Shown in pieces: positions 36,596 to 50,372 of a stretch of DNA of 64,000 nt. How positions within the stretch are numbered: the stretch's first letter is position 1; the number at the start of each line of letters is the position of its first letter. A model generated the notes under the pieces. That model had not been told where the DNA came from. It did no database searches and was given only the letters and a program-made list of their open reading frames with translations. The position numbers were made by a program, and so were the translations under genes. The stretch is from Girardia tigrina. Lineage: Eukaryota. The stretch spans positions 1 to 64,000 of the forward strand of contig MQRK01196599.1 of NCBI GenBank assembly GCA_001938485.1, written 5' to 3'.

Positions 36596-37965
36596 TTAAT
36601 TAAAATTAATTTTAATATTTTTTTTAAAAAAAGAAAAGCATTTAATTAAATTTAAATAAAATTTAAATTCATTTTTCTCAACTTGATAACATTTTTTATT
36701 ATTTTGAGTTTTTATAAAGAAATTGTTAAATTATTAATTTTTATAAATATTTTAAAAAGATTTAGAAAATGGTTCGAATAATCAATATTAAAAATAGAAA
36801 TAAAAAAACCATTAGAGCGATGTCAAACTGTGAACGATATTCCGAGAGTTTTGATGACTCTAAATGTGATACAAATAAATATTCAAATAATATTTGTCTT
36901 AATGTTCTTAAGACAATAACATTTCTATTAAAATGAAACACCTGAAAAAAGAATACTTGATCTTATCATACCCCTAATAATAGCTTGAATATTCTAATTG
37001 AAGTTTCTATTTTATATATTCCTCAAAAAATATAATAAAATGAAAGAAATAGATACAATTTAAATCTTTATCTGATTATTCTAAAATCCATTTTCAGGAA
37101 ATAAATTTGTACATTTTATGTTAGAGAAGCATAAATAAATGAGAAATATTTGTTTTAATTTGTTTAAATAAACAAAATAGTCTAACATAAACATAATTTT
37201 TTTATCAGTAAATAAAATATATAAAATCACAACGTTTTACTGATCAATAAATTAATATATAATTTGAAAACATTTATTGTTTTAATTTGCTCAAAAAATA
37301 TATTTCCCATTATATTTTCGATGGATAGCAACAAAAATTGTTCTCATTTGTTTTCCAATTCATCGAATTCGGTCACGCAAATTGTTCATAGATCATGTCA
37401 AAGTGTCTCAACTGCTGAGATTGGAATATACATTTATCAAGATTTATTATACTTGTTTATCAAATTTCATTCATATCAAAACTCCGTGTTTTTAATGAGA
37501 AATTGTATACAAAACTATTATTTTAATTAGTGTTAATAAAATTAAAATATAACAATTTATATTTTATTTATATTTCTAGTTACTTTGATCATAGTCGGTC
37601 TTATATAAATAATGTATCATCGTAGCGAAATAATTTATTTGATTTTCAATACGAAGAGTTTGAAAATAAAAATCAAAGGAAATCTGAAGAAAATATTTTT
37701 AAGTATTTGTTTTATATTTATATTGTTTTGCTTATTAGAAGTGATTAATAGGAATTTTAATAATAATAATTACAATAAGAAGGTAATTATTCAAATAATT
37801 AAAAATAGTGGAATTTTTAAAAAAAAGTTTTATGATGAAAGACAATTAATTTTAACAGTTTTACCGTCATCGTCTGTCATAAGGAAATTATGAATTTTAA
37901 ATCTGCTTACTTATGTAGGCAAGTAGTGATTATATAATTGATAAATAATTGAGTCCTCTAAAAAA

Positions 37966-38089
37966 CAATGGCTACGGAGTCGGAGTCGGAGTTGGAGTCG
38001 AAGTTGGAATCGGAATCTAAGTTAGACATTTTAAAAATATAGGAGTTGAAGTCAGAGTCGGGTAATTTTAATCCGACTCTGCAGCCCTG
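37966..38089. mobile_element. hAT-type MITE with (GGAGTC)n
   Basis: Termini caatggctacggagtcgg and ccgactctgcagccctg; 8-bp TSD ctaaaaaa/ctaaaaac. Confidence 0.8.
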
Positions 38090-38807
38090 CTAAAAACACT
38101 CAATAAGGTTGCCAAGAGATTCGTTTGCTCATTAATCTTAAAATCTATTGATCTGATTTATAGTGATTCATAGGCCACTCTCTCTCTAATAAATTGTTAA
38201 ACTGAAAACACAGAATTTTAAAATTATTTATGTTAATATTTTCATTCAATTTGCGAACTAATTAATCAATAAACCGAATAAAACTGAGATTAAAATGATA
38301 TTAAAAAGGTTATGAAACAACCATTGATTTTAAAATATGTGGTGAGTATCCCATATTCAAAAGTTTTTCTAAATTTAAATGGTCAAAGTTAAAATGTGTA
38401 AATAATGTTTTTAATTTAAAAACTATATTGCAATAATATAAAATCGAAAATGTATTTTCAAATAAATCTAAAAACACATAATTGGTAAAATGCCACATAT
38501 ATTGAAGTGACGTCTCACCATCTCTGTAGGGGAATCCAAGAACATTGGCTTAATGTGGGTGGAAGTAATATTGTAGACAACATAAAAGCGTGCAAATTGA
38601 AATAAAATATTTACACAAATAATTTAAAAATTATGTGTTCAGTTTAATAATTATAGGGAGAGAAGTTTCAGCCTGTAAAGCACTATACTAAAATTCATAA
38701 TTTTTTTATGAACTAACAATAACAGTTTACCATCACAATTATTTGTCTTTGATAATAAAAATTTTTTCTTCAAATGGCGTCTTGTTCACAAATTAGAAAA
38801 TAATTAT

Positions 38808-39010
38808 TGTGAAGAATATTTATAATGTGTGTGGAGGTCATGTGTTTATTTGAGTGTGCTGAAGCTAAGATTGTGATTCTCGCACCGAGTTAGTAAATTG
38901 GTGTGTTATTGTATTTGTTATAATTGATCATTCGAACAGAATTTACATTTTAAAATTAAAGAAATTTTAATAATCGGATAAAATTTTAATTTAAATAGTA
39001 ATAATATAGA
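38808..39010 (+). mobile_element. Partial, diverged LTR of the TG...TA family
   Basis: tgtgaagaatattt start, TG-rich tract, core tgtgattctcgcaccgagt...aattggtgtg. Confidence 0.6.
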
Positions 39011-39825
39011 GTTTTTTTCTAATATACCTTCTAATATTTACCTCAATTAAACTACGCCCTCGAAAAAGTTGCACCATCGATTTAGTTTCTGTCTTTTTAT
39101 CACATTCACCAATATCTATCTTCATTTGTAGGTAAATCTTAATTTTTTAGAAAGGCTTTTGATCTCAATTTAAAATAAAAATGATTAAAAAAATTACCAC
39201 TATAACCTTACATTAAAATAAACCATCAACTGTAACATTCAACTTCATTTTTTCATTATCTTTTTGTTTCTTCTAAGCAGAAAGTTTTGTTTAATCAAGT
39301 TCAAATTGCATCAAACGGACTTCCTTGCAATGAAAACCAAATATCAATTACAAATAAATTCAGTTAATTAATATACGTCTCAAAATTTCTGAAATTTCCT
39401 TTAACTTAGAAGTATAACGAATTTTGTGAAAGATGATATTTGATAAATTAAATCTGTCAAAATCTCTTTTTTTCCTCTTGAAGCTTTTGGATCGTTGAAA
39501 GAAAAAAATATATAAATCTTGTATGTTACACAAGGAAACTCAATATTAGCATAATTTCAGTTCACATCAAATCCAGATTGTTTCGCCTTGCGGTTTTTTA
39601 ACTTGAAAAATGAAAGTAAATCGATGATGAAAACGGATAACTTGTCAAGTTGGCATATTGAGAACTTGCTAGGGAATTCGAGTTCTGACTTCAATTTGTC
39701 ATCGTCGCCCTTTAGGCTAACAAATGTAAATTTTCAATCAAAAACCCATCTGTGAAGATAAAAGTCTTGATAAGCCGTTCTTAATAAGGGATGTTTTCTT
39801 TTTTCAATTATTTTATTAGCTTGCT

Positions 39826-39830
<5 letters not shown>

Positions 39831-39863
<33 letters not shown>

Positions 39864-40050
39864 ATTGAATTTAGAAACTTAATTTTGAAGTGTTTTTTAC
39901 TCAATCAATTTTCTCCAAACTTTGCACACTTACTCATTCTTGATGACAATAAATGAATATGAGAAAATTTGATCGAAAAAAATTTTAAGGTTTCACAATT
40001 TGGAAAAAATGACAAAATCAGAGTTCCTGAACGATATTAGTTGAAAAAAT
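39831..40050 (+). repeat. (TA)n-anchored dispersed repeat; second copy inverted at about 57680-57835
   Basis: tccattgaattt...tactcaatcaattttc...aaatttgatcgaaaaaaa...tcagagttcctgaac matches the reverse complement of 57690-57834. Confidence 0.75.
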
Positions 40051-40935
40051 ATACTTACAAATTATAAGTAGCTTATATTAAGCAAATAAATAAAATAAAA
40101 TATAAAAAAATTCTGTTGGCCATGTAAAGTTCTGTCCGCATAAAAAATGGATATAAAAAGTTTTTTAATTTACTACTTCTGAGACAAAAGGTTATATCAA
40201 TCTTCTCTATGATGGAAAAGATACTTGGAGTATTTGTTGAACTAATATTATTTGATCATTTAGAAAAATGTAATAAATGATGCTAAATTTTTTACTTGTT
40301 AAAATACTTAATTATCGTTTCACAAAGATTTATAAATTATTGTTAAATTATTACGGAAGTGTACATAGATTATACTGGGACTTTCTACAATTGACCCTTA
40401 CCAATAAGTAAAGCCCTTAAATTATGATATATAGAACAAACAAATTTTAATAAGTTAGGATAATAATTAAACTGTAAAAATAAGCTAACTGAAAAATAAT
40501 GATTCAATGAACTCACTTTTATTTCTTGTAAGTATAAAATAATATTATTAAATCAAATAGATATAAATAAACTATTTTCAGGAATAAACAACGAATAACG
40601 GACGGCTAAAAAAAGATGTGAATTAGGATCACGACAAACAAGAAAGGTCTTTATGAGGAAAGTTACGAATCAATGTTACTTTAAAAATGGTATTTGATCA
40701 TTGTAGTTGATTTGTAGGATAATTTATCCGTTTGATGGGAAAATTGAAGATAAAATTGAGATGTGATTATAAACGGGGAAAGATAGATAAAGTTATTCGA
40801 AAAAATCCAAGAGAATTTCTGATTATGGAATGTTCTCAAGCAGCATAAATTTATCAATTATCAATATCCAACCAATCATTCATGTTTCAGTATTCCAAGC
40901 GATAAATTCTGTAATAATAATTTTCGAATAAGTTA

Positions 40936-42105
40936 TAAGGGTGATGCATAAATTTCCGACCATTTTTAATTAAAGCTATTTATTTTTTAAATCAAAGTGG
41001 CATACGATTAATCTTTAAAATATTCACCATTAGCATTATGATCTTTGGCAATCTTTGTGGCAACAAATAGATGCCTTTGGTGAAAAAGTCTTCATCTTAC
41101 GAATCAATAAAATCATCTATGGATTTCTTAACTTCATCGCATGTTTTGAAATTTTATCCAGCGAGATAATGTTGGAGAGACTGACATATCTGAAAATCTG
41201 TTGGAGCCAAGTCCTTGAAATAGGGCGGATGCAGTAGAACCTCCCATCCAAGCGCTAAAATCATATTTTTCGTCGTCGACGCAACATGTGGTCTAGCGTT
41301 ATCACGCATCCGTATGACCTTGCGTCCACTATGGCCCACATATTTCCTTAACTCGCTGTTTGTTTCGTTCAGCTTAGATAGCTGATCACAGTAGCGTTGG
41401 GCGGTAACCGTTTGCCCGGGTTCCAACAGCTTATAATAAAGAAGGTCCTTCATATCCTACCACATACACAGAAGGACCTTCTTGCCATGAATATTGCGTT
41501 TTGGGGTGGAGGTTGATGGAGTTCCAGGGTCAACTCATTGCCTCTTTTGTTCTGGGTTATCATTATATACCCATTTATCGACCCCAGTGACGATTCTCCA
41601 TAAAAACGATTTTCTTCGGTTGTGGGTGATAGCGATATTCATCCTATCGTCCTTGTTTCGGAAATAGACAGTATGTGGGACCCATATTGTTACTCTCTGC
41701 ACCTTTCCTAGAGCTTTCAGACACCATAAGAATGTCGACTGGTTAATGTTGACGAGCTTGACAGGTTCACGGGTTGATTGTCCATCATCCTCTTCTAAGA
41801 GAACCACAAGCTCTTCCTCCTTCATTTCTTTCGGTCTACCACTTTGTGGCTGGTCCTCCAGGTTGAATTCACCCTTCTTGAACTTGGTGTATGATTCTTT
41901 GATAGTTCAAAGGTCAACAGAACCTGCACCATATGTTTGGTAAATTTTTTTCATCGCTTGCGACGCCTTTTCGCCAAGATTAAACATAAATAATATACAG
42001 TGCAGTATGTGATTTTTATTGGTATTCATTAACACGTGGATTTTGAGGACAATTAAACAAGTATATCCTTTTTTTATCAAAGGTCAAAAACTTATGCATT
42101 GACAC
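40936..42105 (-). mobile_element. Decayed mariner transposon
   Basis: TIR-like taagggtgatgcataaatttccgacc and ggtcaaaaacttatgcattgacac; WVPH, IVTGVDKW, DNARPH, HPPYFKDLAPTDF. Confidence 0.92.
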
Positions 42106-42309
42106 TTTTTAAATTTCAATACTTTAATAAAACAACATTTTACTTTTTTTTAATTTTATGCTTTGAAATTTTAACACAGTATTTATGACAGTCTGAATAA
42201 TATTCAGTCCATATTTGGTTAAATTTGGTAAAATATTAGTGTGTTTTTAAAGGTCACCTGAGGACTTTTGGGACAGCTTAAGTATTTTAATCCATTACAA
42301 AAATTGATG

Positions 42310-42700
42310 TAAATAATTGCCAGACAAGGAGCAAAGTACCTCCACCTGGATTTGTTGTAGCCATTCACGCAGACACTTTGCATTATGTGCTGGAGCACCG
42401 TTGTGTTGAAATGTATATCATTGTGACTTTCGCATAGCTACCAACAACTTTTCTTGTAACAATCCTTTGATTATATCTTTCGCCAACTGGCTGACGGACT
42501 TGAGTGGAGAAACTGTAGAACTGCTTGACCAGTGTTTCGTTTGTGAAAAAGATTGATTGCTATTACTGGGATGTCCAGTTGATGAGTCGCTTAGCAAACC
42601 CCAGCCTATCCTTAATGTTCTTGCTAAATAATGTTATTCTCGCCGATTTTGAAATGGCAGCAATTGGGGCATGGTACTGATGCTGGTACTACAAGCTGCT
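42310..42700 (-). mobile_element. Tc1-like transposase fragment
   Basis: KDRLGFAKRLINWT...IFFTNET and FQHNGAPAHNAKCLREWL. Confidence 0.7.
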
Positions 42701-42754
42701 ATTTTCATCTTGTCATAAGCGTAATACGAAAGGTACATGGGGTTGGACTGAAAG

Positions 42755-43478
42755 TTGAATAGGAAACTAATAAAGATGTACGTACAATTTTTCGCTGTTC
42801 GTTGTTTTGCCGACCTATCACATTTACCAGTACAAGATGTTACAGAAGCCTTCGAACTGATATCAGACTCGATGCCAGCAATTAATAACATTGACGAGGT
42901 GCTGACATATTTCGAGAACACTTACATCAGAGGACGTCGCATTCGTGGTCGTGGAGAAAACTACAAACCTGCCTTATTTGCAATTGAAACTTAGAATCAA
43001 ATGCAGACAATTGGTGATGGTTTTGCACAAACGAACAACATTTGCGAAGGATGGCATAACAGTATATAATCGCTGCTACAATGTAGTCACCCAACAATGT
43101 GGCGTTTCCTTGACGATCTGCTTATGGATTGTACGGAGCAGGAAAAAAATTTTCTACAAGTTGTTGCTAGAGCAGATTATCCAGTTCAGAAGCGATACAG
43201 GATCATGTATGAAAAAGTACAACGTGCTGTTGAGATATATGGTCAATCAGATGTATTGAAATATTTGCGTGCTGTTGCACATCTGTAATTTAGTTAACCA
43301 TAAAACTGTTATTCCATTAACTACAATATTTGTATGACAGTATTATTTTAATTTGATTTTATCATTTATATGCAGTCTTAATTTGTGAATGCTTTCTGTT
43401 CCATATTAAATAGAGTAGGCCTGGAACCAGCCTTTATGTGGACCAAAAACAAAAAAATTCTTTGTTTTCATAAATACA

Positions 43479-43522
<44 letters not shown>

Positions 43523-43584
43523 TTTTCATCTATGGTCAAACCCTCGCTGTGGACAAATCACATGTGGTCAAAGCACCTAGAACC
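42755..43584 (+). mobile_element. 3' part of a Mutator-like (MULE) element
   Basis: LPVQDVTEAFE, YFENTYI, TNNICEGWHN, HPTMWRFL; stop at 43288; 15-bp-spaced gtggacaaa/gtggtcaaa units ending agaacc at about 43584. Confidence 0.85.
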
Positions 43585-44900
43585 ATCACAGATATAAATC
43601 AGAAATACAAATTTCGACTGGAAGAGTATAATGCATTCTCTAAATTCGTTCTACAGGGTTTGGGTCCCGAACTGAATACGGTTAAGGAATTTTTTTATTA
43701 TATGTATTTATAAAACATTTTGTAATCACTTTTCCACTTTCAAATACTTCGAAAATAATTCTAAATAATTAAATATTTATGAAAGAGTTTTAAAATAAAA
43801 ATTTTAATGTGATAATAAAATATTAATTGCTTTTATTATTCTGAAATATAAAATTAAAAATTGATATTATTTTACAAAGATTGTTACAATTTAAATGATA
43901 TTTGAACAAATTAGTATTAAAAGATAAATATAAAAATAAAACTTTCAAAGCCTTTCAAACGTCATCAAATATTTCAAAAGGAATGGAAAATTGTATAAAA
44001 TAAATTTTATGACGTCTACAAGAAGTAGAAATACTTACCGATTTTTAAAGACTGACTTCCTTTAAATTGTCTTTTTGTTTCTTTTCAGATCTCTTTTTAA
44101 TGGAAACTTTTGTTCAGAGCTTTTGTAGCTCTAATTTTAATAGAAAATAAAGGACGTAAGAAAAATTTCTAATTAATTACTAATTTATTTTCAATAATTC
44201 CGATATCATGTTTGTTATTCAATGCCTTTGTAAAATATTTATCAATAAGTCGGCAATCGCCGCTTTAGTTTGCTTTAGAAGTTGGAAATGTTCAAGACAA
44301 TTTAAAACATTCAATAATAGAATATTCATATATATAGAATATACTATTAATAAAGGAAATGAAATATTTTTTTTGTAATTAAATAATTAAAATGATATAA
44401 AATATAAAAATAAAAAAACATGATTTCTATAAAAATTTTAAAAAAAAGCATAAAATGTGACTCTTCACTTCACAAGACAATCGTATTTCAAAGTTTCAAA
44501 ATAATCTAATAAAACTTTTTTACATTTGAACATTAAAAATCTTCATGTTGATCTTAAATCAATGAAGAATTGCCTAGATTGTAATTATAGTAAAAAAAGA
44601 GCAGAAACATGTCTTAAATCGTGTTTTTCAGCCTTCTTTACACTTTGGACCCTTTAAATTGAATTTTAATTTTAGTGTACACTCAACTTGGAATAAATTC
44701 AAAAAGCTTTTAAATTAAAAAAATATACTTTTTTTTATTTTTCATTTATATAAACTCAGTTTGTCAATTGGTTTGTTTAATTATTTGTTACAAATCTTGA
44801 AAACAATTTCCCCACCACTTTTTGTGTTGGAGCTAAACTTTTGCACAGTTGCATAATTCCGGTGGAAACACGTGAATCAATTACATAGATTTATTAACTA

Positions 44901-46167
44901 TTAAGTGTATAACGTAGTTTTTTGGATTTTTTTGCAGAACAGACAAGTTTATTTATATAACATAATACGTTTTATTCTAATCAAAATATTTTCCATCGTT
45001 AATTATGACTTTCGACCATCTTTCAGGCAAATTATGAATTCCATCGAAAAATAAGTTTTGGTCTTTTGATGCGATCCANNNNNNNNNNNNNNNNNNNNNN
45101 NNNNNNNNNNNNNNNNNNNNNNNNNNNNNNNNNNNNNNNNNNNNNNNNNNNNNNNNNNNNNNNNNNNNNNNNNNNNNNNNNNNNNNNNNNNNNNNNNNNN
45201 NNNNNNNNNTCCCATTTAAGTGCTTCCAACGTGTTTTTTACTTGTTTTGCGACATGTGGCCGAGCATTGTCATGGAGCAAAATCACTGTGCGCTGTTTGT
45301 TGGCTGGAATAGGATGTTTTTCCTTCAAAGCATCGTTCAATTCCATTAACTGTTGTTGGAAACGTTCTGCATTAACAGTTTCATTCGAATTTAGCAGCTC
45401 ATAGTACAGTACACCTTTCTGATCCCACCAAATGCACAACATAACCTTGCTTCCATCAATGTTTCTTTTTGCTGTTGACGTGGACGGTTAGCCGGGATGA
45501 ACCCACGATTTCTTGTGTTTAGAGTTAACATAATAAATCCATTTTTCATCTACAGTCACAATATTATAAAAAAAAGACCATCTTCGTTGTCTTGTAAGAA
45601 ATGAATTGAATATCAGTAATCGACTTTCAATGTTGGCTTGATTCAATTCATGTGGTATCCATTTTCCTTCTTTTTGAATCATTTTCCTACCATGTAGACG
45701 TTTACTTATGGCTACCTGAGTAACATTTAACTGTTTTGCAAGCTCTTTCTCTGTTTGAGTAGAATCTTCCTTCAGTAATGATTCCAAATCTTCATCTTCG
45801 AATCTTTTTGGTTGACCGGAACGCTATTTGTCACTTACGTCGAAATATCCACTTTTGAAACGTTTATACCAGTTCTCGCAAGTCTGTTGAGTTGGTACAT
45901 GTTGACCATAAGTTTCTACAAGAAGCCGAAAACTGTCTGCAGCTTTTTTTCTTTTGATTAAAGCAAAACAGTAGTGCTTCCTGCAAATGCTGTTTTGCTA
46001 AAACGTGAATAAAAATATGTTTGACGCATTTAAGGTCAATGACCTACTTAATTTTAATGTCTTGATTTCAGCACTTTAAAAATCTGTACGTATGACTGTA
46101 AAATAATGCTTATTACAACGGTTACATCATTTCTTAGAAAATCCTAAAAATTAAGTTATACACCTAA
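44901..46167 (-). mobile_element. Mariner transposon, mauritiana/Mos1-like, disabled
   Basis: TIRs ttaagtgtataacgtagttttttgga and tcctaaaaattaagttatacacctaa with TA TSDs; WIPHEL, VTVDEKW, LLHDNARPH; start-codon region deleted relative to the 52208 copy. Confidence 0.95.
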
Positions 46168-47372
46168 TAAATGACTAATTATTCATTTGTTTTTGTAAAG
46201 CAAACGTTATTGTGATTATCCACAAAATATGTTTATAAGTTAAATAGAATGTTGCTTAAAATTTATGTTTTTTTCTATTAGTCATGACTTTTGAATTTTG
46301 GTATTTTTCGTAATAAATTTGAATTATAGATGCCTTAATAATTAAAATTAATTTGTACATATTTTCTTCATGAAAAATTTTCAATTATATTGGACTTGGA
46401 GTAAGCAATACCTTTCTATCTTATTTTTGGTATTTTCCGGTGTACAAGCTGTGCTTCAAGATGGGGATATCGGATTCACCAGTTGACACCATACTATTCA
46501 GTCTACTTTTTTCGAATCGTCCAGAACATTGTGAGATTTCAGCCAAATTGCTAGTTTAAGCAAAACTGAGACTTATACAAAAATGTTTTACATAACCGGT
46601 TGCTCATTTTGTCATATGGACCGGCTCGATCGAACAACTCATTTGATTTTTGGACTCTAAATCTTGACTCTGAATAAATCAAATTGTTGAAAATTACGAT
46701 TGATTCAGATTGGTACACTAAATTAGATTTTGGTCTTCAAAAGTACACGCAGAATTCCGTTCAGAGAATGTGTCAATCGATCTTTGTAGTTTCGCGGTTT
46801 TCCATTGCAGCATCAATAACAGTATAAGTATGTTGTTTTGAAAAAGTATTTTTATATTTTACGTATTGAATGTAAATCTTGTGATGAGGGCTTACGAACA
46901 AATTTTTATTATTTTATATGTTGACATGAGTACTAAATATTGAACTTTAAATTATAGATTATTGCACAGAAAAAAAACATAAAGCCAATCCAGACTTTAT
47001 AGTTTCTTGAAACTTATATAAAATATCCTACAATGTAAATGAAACCTATGATTTATGATGACTGTAGAGTTTTTTCTGATCTTTTGTAGGAAAACAACTT
47101 CCATTTTATACAAAATAGCGTAACACGTTTACATTAAAAGCGATTATAGTTGTTTGGAGGTTTTTTGAAGTATCTGAACAGTTTGAAATGTTAGTCTTAT
47201 TTGCTTTTAGATTCCGGATATCATATTTTCTATTCTTACTGAATTTATGTTAAAAACCTTTGTATTTCTCTTTCCGTTGCCTGTAATTGATACAATTAGT
47301 ATTTTAGAATCAGACATATTATTCATCAATCATGCCTATTATTAGTACCATCATAATATGAATATGAACATT

Positions 47373-47767
47373 TATTAACAACACAAACATTTTCAATAGC
47401 AATTTCTGCGGGAAGCGTCATTCTTGATTAATATATTTTTTGTGTATCTATTCAAATCTTAAAATTAATTAATGGACAAGTTTAATAATATTTTTTAATT
47501 CCTCAAAATTTTATTGGATTAAAATGCATTGAGTAATTTTTAAAATAAATATAAGTTCTTTAAATATATTAAATTCAATAAGTTAAAATTGTATACTAAA
47601 AATATTATTAAATTTTATAATTATAAAACTTAATTAAATAGTATTTAAAAATTAATCTCACTAAATTAATTTCATTACATTTAAATAATTAATCAATAAC
47701 ACATCAATCCCATCTGAGTAGGAGAGTCACCAATCCGAACAGCATACAAATAACAGCATACAAATGT
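47373..47767 (-). mobile_element. Solo LTR of the TG...TA family, 5' end missing
   Basis: Core cccatctgagtaggagagtcac at about 47709-47730 is identical to 63230-63251; end tattaacaacac. Confidence 0.8.
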
Positions 47768-50023
47768 AAATAGAATAGATAATTTGTCCTCAAACCAATA
47801 AGTTAGACAATCTGGCAGTAATTGAGAATTGTACCAAATCATTATGTTCGTATAGGCACTTGAATTTTGGAGTGATGCCCTCAGATATGAAAAACATATA
47901 TCACTCAAGACTTGGATATTCTCTTCAAATTTTGTATTTAGTTTGTTTAAGAAAGTATCCAATTCCTTTTACCTTTTGCCACTTGTTTGGTATTATAATT
48001 AATGTAATAAATTTTAGTCAAGTCTTAGGAAAGATTCATCTTAGAAAAAAATCCAACTTTATTAATATTACTTTTAACGAAAACTGTCGAAGTTTTACTG
48101 TAAATTTCGATAAATAGATTAAAATTAATGCTACATTAGTATTCTAAAAAATATATTTGTACATTGAAAAGGTTAATAATATTCTTGTTTTTTAAATTAT
48201 ATAAAATATTTAAAATTCAAAAAAATAAAAGATATTTTTTTTCTGTATTTAAGTTTATATTAATTAACTAAATTGATAAAAGTCACTAAATTAAACATAA
48301 TTTTATTTTTCTTTTAATTTATTTTTAGTATTTAGGAAAAAAATATTTTAAGTATTTATAATAATATAAAACTAAAAAAAACAATTATTCGAATTTCAGT
48401 TTCAATTAAATCAGATGTGATAAATGTATAAAATAATTAAATATCAAATGAAAATATAAACCAATTTTACGGTTATTTTGTTTAAATGGAGATAATCACT
48501 TTATCAGGAAGACTCTTCACATTTCTCAACGGAAAATATAAATTGTTTAAATCAGCATAAAAATTGGAATAATATTAAATCTCACAAAAAATTCTTTAAA
48601 TTTTAATAATAAAATTATTTTTTCTTGGCGTTTTTATTTTATAAAAAAAGAAATCTAAGTAATGGAAATAAAATTGTTTTTTTAATACATTTGTAATTAG
48701 AGTAAAGCAAGTCAAAAATGAGTAGCTTAAGAAGGCTTAGATATTTGTAATAAGAATAATCCTTTGGTAAGCATATGACTCAAAAATATCTTCTAAAAAT
48801 CTGATATTTAAATGTAATTTTCAGGAAAATCCAAATATTTATATCATAAATTAAACGAAATAATTAATTGCTATTAATTTTTAAATTCAGATTAGTAAAA
48901 CAGTAAGTTGGAAACATGATTATTCTATATTATGGAATTTTGAGACATTACAAATGTTTTTTTTGAAATTTGAAGTATTTCAGAATATCATTAGATAATT
49001 AGTATTTTAATATTTTATAAAATTAATATAAAAAACTAAAAAATGATATTATTATAACTTTCACAAAGGTTGGACGCGTAAAAAGAACAGGTAGTACTTT
49101 ATTAATATTAATTTCACATCTTTCATCATTCTTTATATCTCTTACAAAAAGAACTCCTTAAGAATTACCGTAACTAGTTAACATATTACCGTTTTTTAGA
49201 ATATTTATCCCCTCTTTTCTAAGAGTACTGTATTAAAAACTTTGTTTCATCAAGAATTGTGAACTACACTCGAAAAACATCAAAATCTTCCCCATTTTAA
49301 TCCAGATTCACAAATATCAACGTTCTTATCACTTGACGAACTCCATTACATTCTATTTAAATCTCAAATGTAGTTAGATCGCTTCACATAGTTAGTCGAC
49401 CACATTTCTTTCGCTCTACAACCTTTTCGGTACTAAAAGACTAAATGGTAAGTATGATTTCCTTAAAGAAAAATATCATAAATCATTGTGACGATATTCA
49501 ACTTAGCATTTGTCGAACAATTTTAAAAATAATTAATTTTAATATATATTCAAGTATTTAGACATTTGAGAAGGCTTTACTGTTTCATTTTGAATGATTA
49601 TTACTGGGTTGTAGTGACTCATTAATAATGATTCACAGTACTGCCATTCATTATGCGAAACAAATCCCTTTTGTAAAACAGAAAACTCATTCTTTGAAAC
49701 ACAAGAAATTCTATTTTTACAATGTAACTAATGATCAAGAACATTATTTGGCCAACTGAATTGTGAATACTCACCAAATTTAAAATATCTTTACCAAGAT
49801 TCTCTTTGGTTGAGAAATGCTTAAAAATCGAAAGATTCACATCAACACGAGAAATTTATTTTAAATTATCCATATAATAATGTCAGATATTTAACTTTAA
49901 CTAAAAAATCTATTTGTATACGATTATTTTTGCTGAATAATTATTTTGTGTCGAAATGTTAAAAGTTAAATATTTTAACTTTTACTAGATGAACTACAAT
50001 TAAAATTACATTTTAATCTAAAG

Positions 50024-50372
50024 CAGTGTCGAGCCACCGATGCACTTCGAACATTTTTGTAAAATATTTAAAATCGTTAAAGTTATTGCAGTATTGCTGT
50101 AGCAAAGTTAATATCAATGCGCGCCCGTCTTCCAAAACTGGATCCCCATATTGACTTTATTTGTTCTCAAAAACAATCACAATGTTCGTATTAATTATGC
50201 AAATTTAATATTTATAAATAATAAAATGTGTTACATATTTAAACTTTTTAATGGTTTATATTTATGTATTGTAATAACCTATGCGTAAATTTATAGTGAG
50301 TCTCACATTTGCGCCGCAAAACAATGTTTTGCGTTTAGTGCGCCGCAAATCGAAAAATGTTGCCCGACACTG
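50024..50372. mobile_element. hAT-type MITE
   Basis: TIRs cagtgtcgagcca and ttgcccgacactg; 8-bp TSD atctaaag/gtctaaag. Confidence 0.85.

Larger units (their letters stand above)
35483..36913 (+). mobile_element. Solo LTR of the TG...TA family split by a Penelope-like insertion
   Basis: tgcgaggaatatt start, core tgactctctcatccagatg at about 35561-35579, homology resumes about 36600 and ends gttcttaaga. Confidence 0.8.

Noticed and set aside
37975-38020. Regular GGAGTC repeats, and the 15-bp arrays at 23490 and 23950, as CRISPR-like arrays
   Set aside because: No unique spacers, eukaryotic context, and fully explained as MITE subterminal repeats with TSDs
39520-39780. Coding-like island (PIF1/Helitron, ZP-domain or eh1-like readings considered)
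   Set aside because: Each resemblance rests on a few residues in different frames; none is supportable
44036-44135. Minus-strand exon-like segment with a gtaagt donor
   Set aside because: Stops in all three frames
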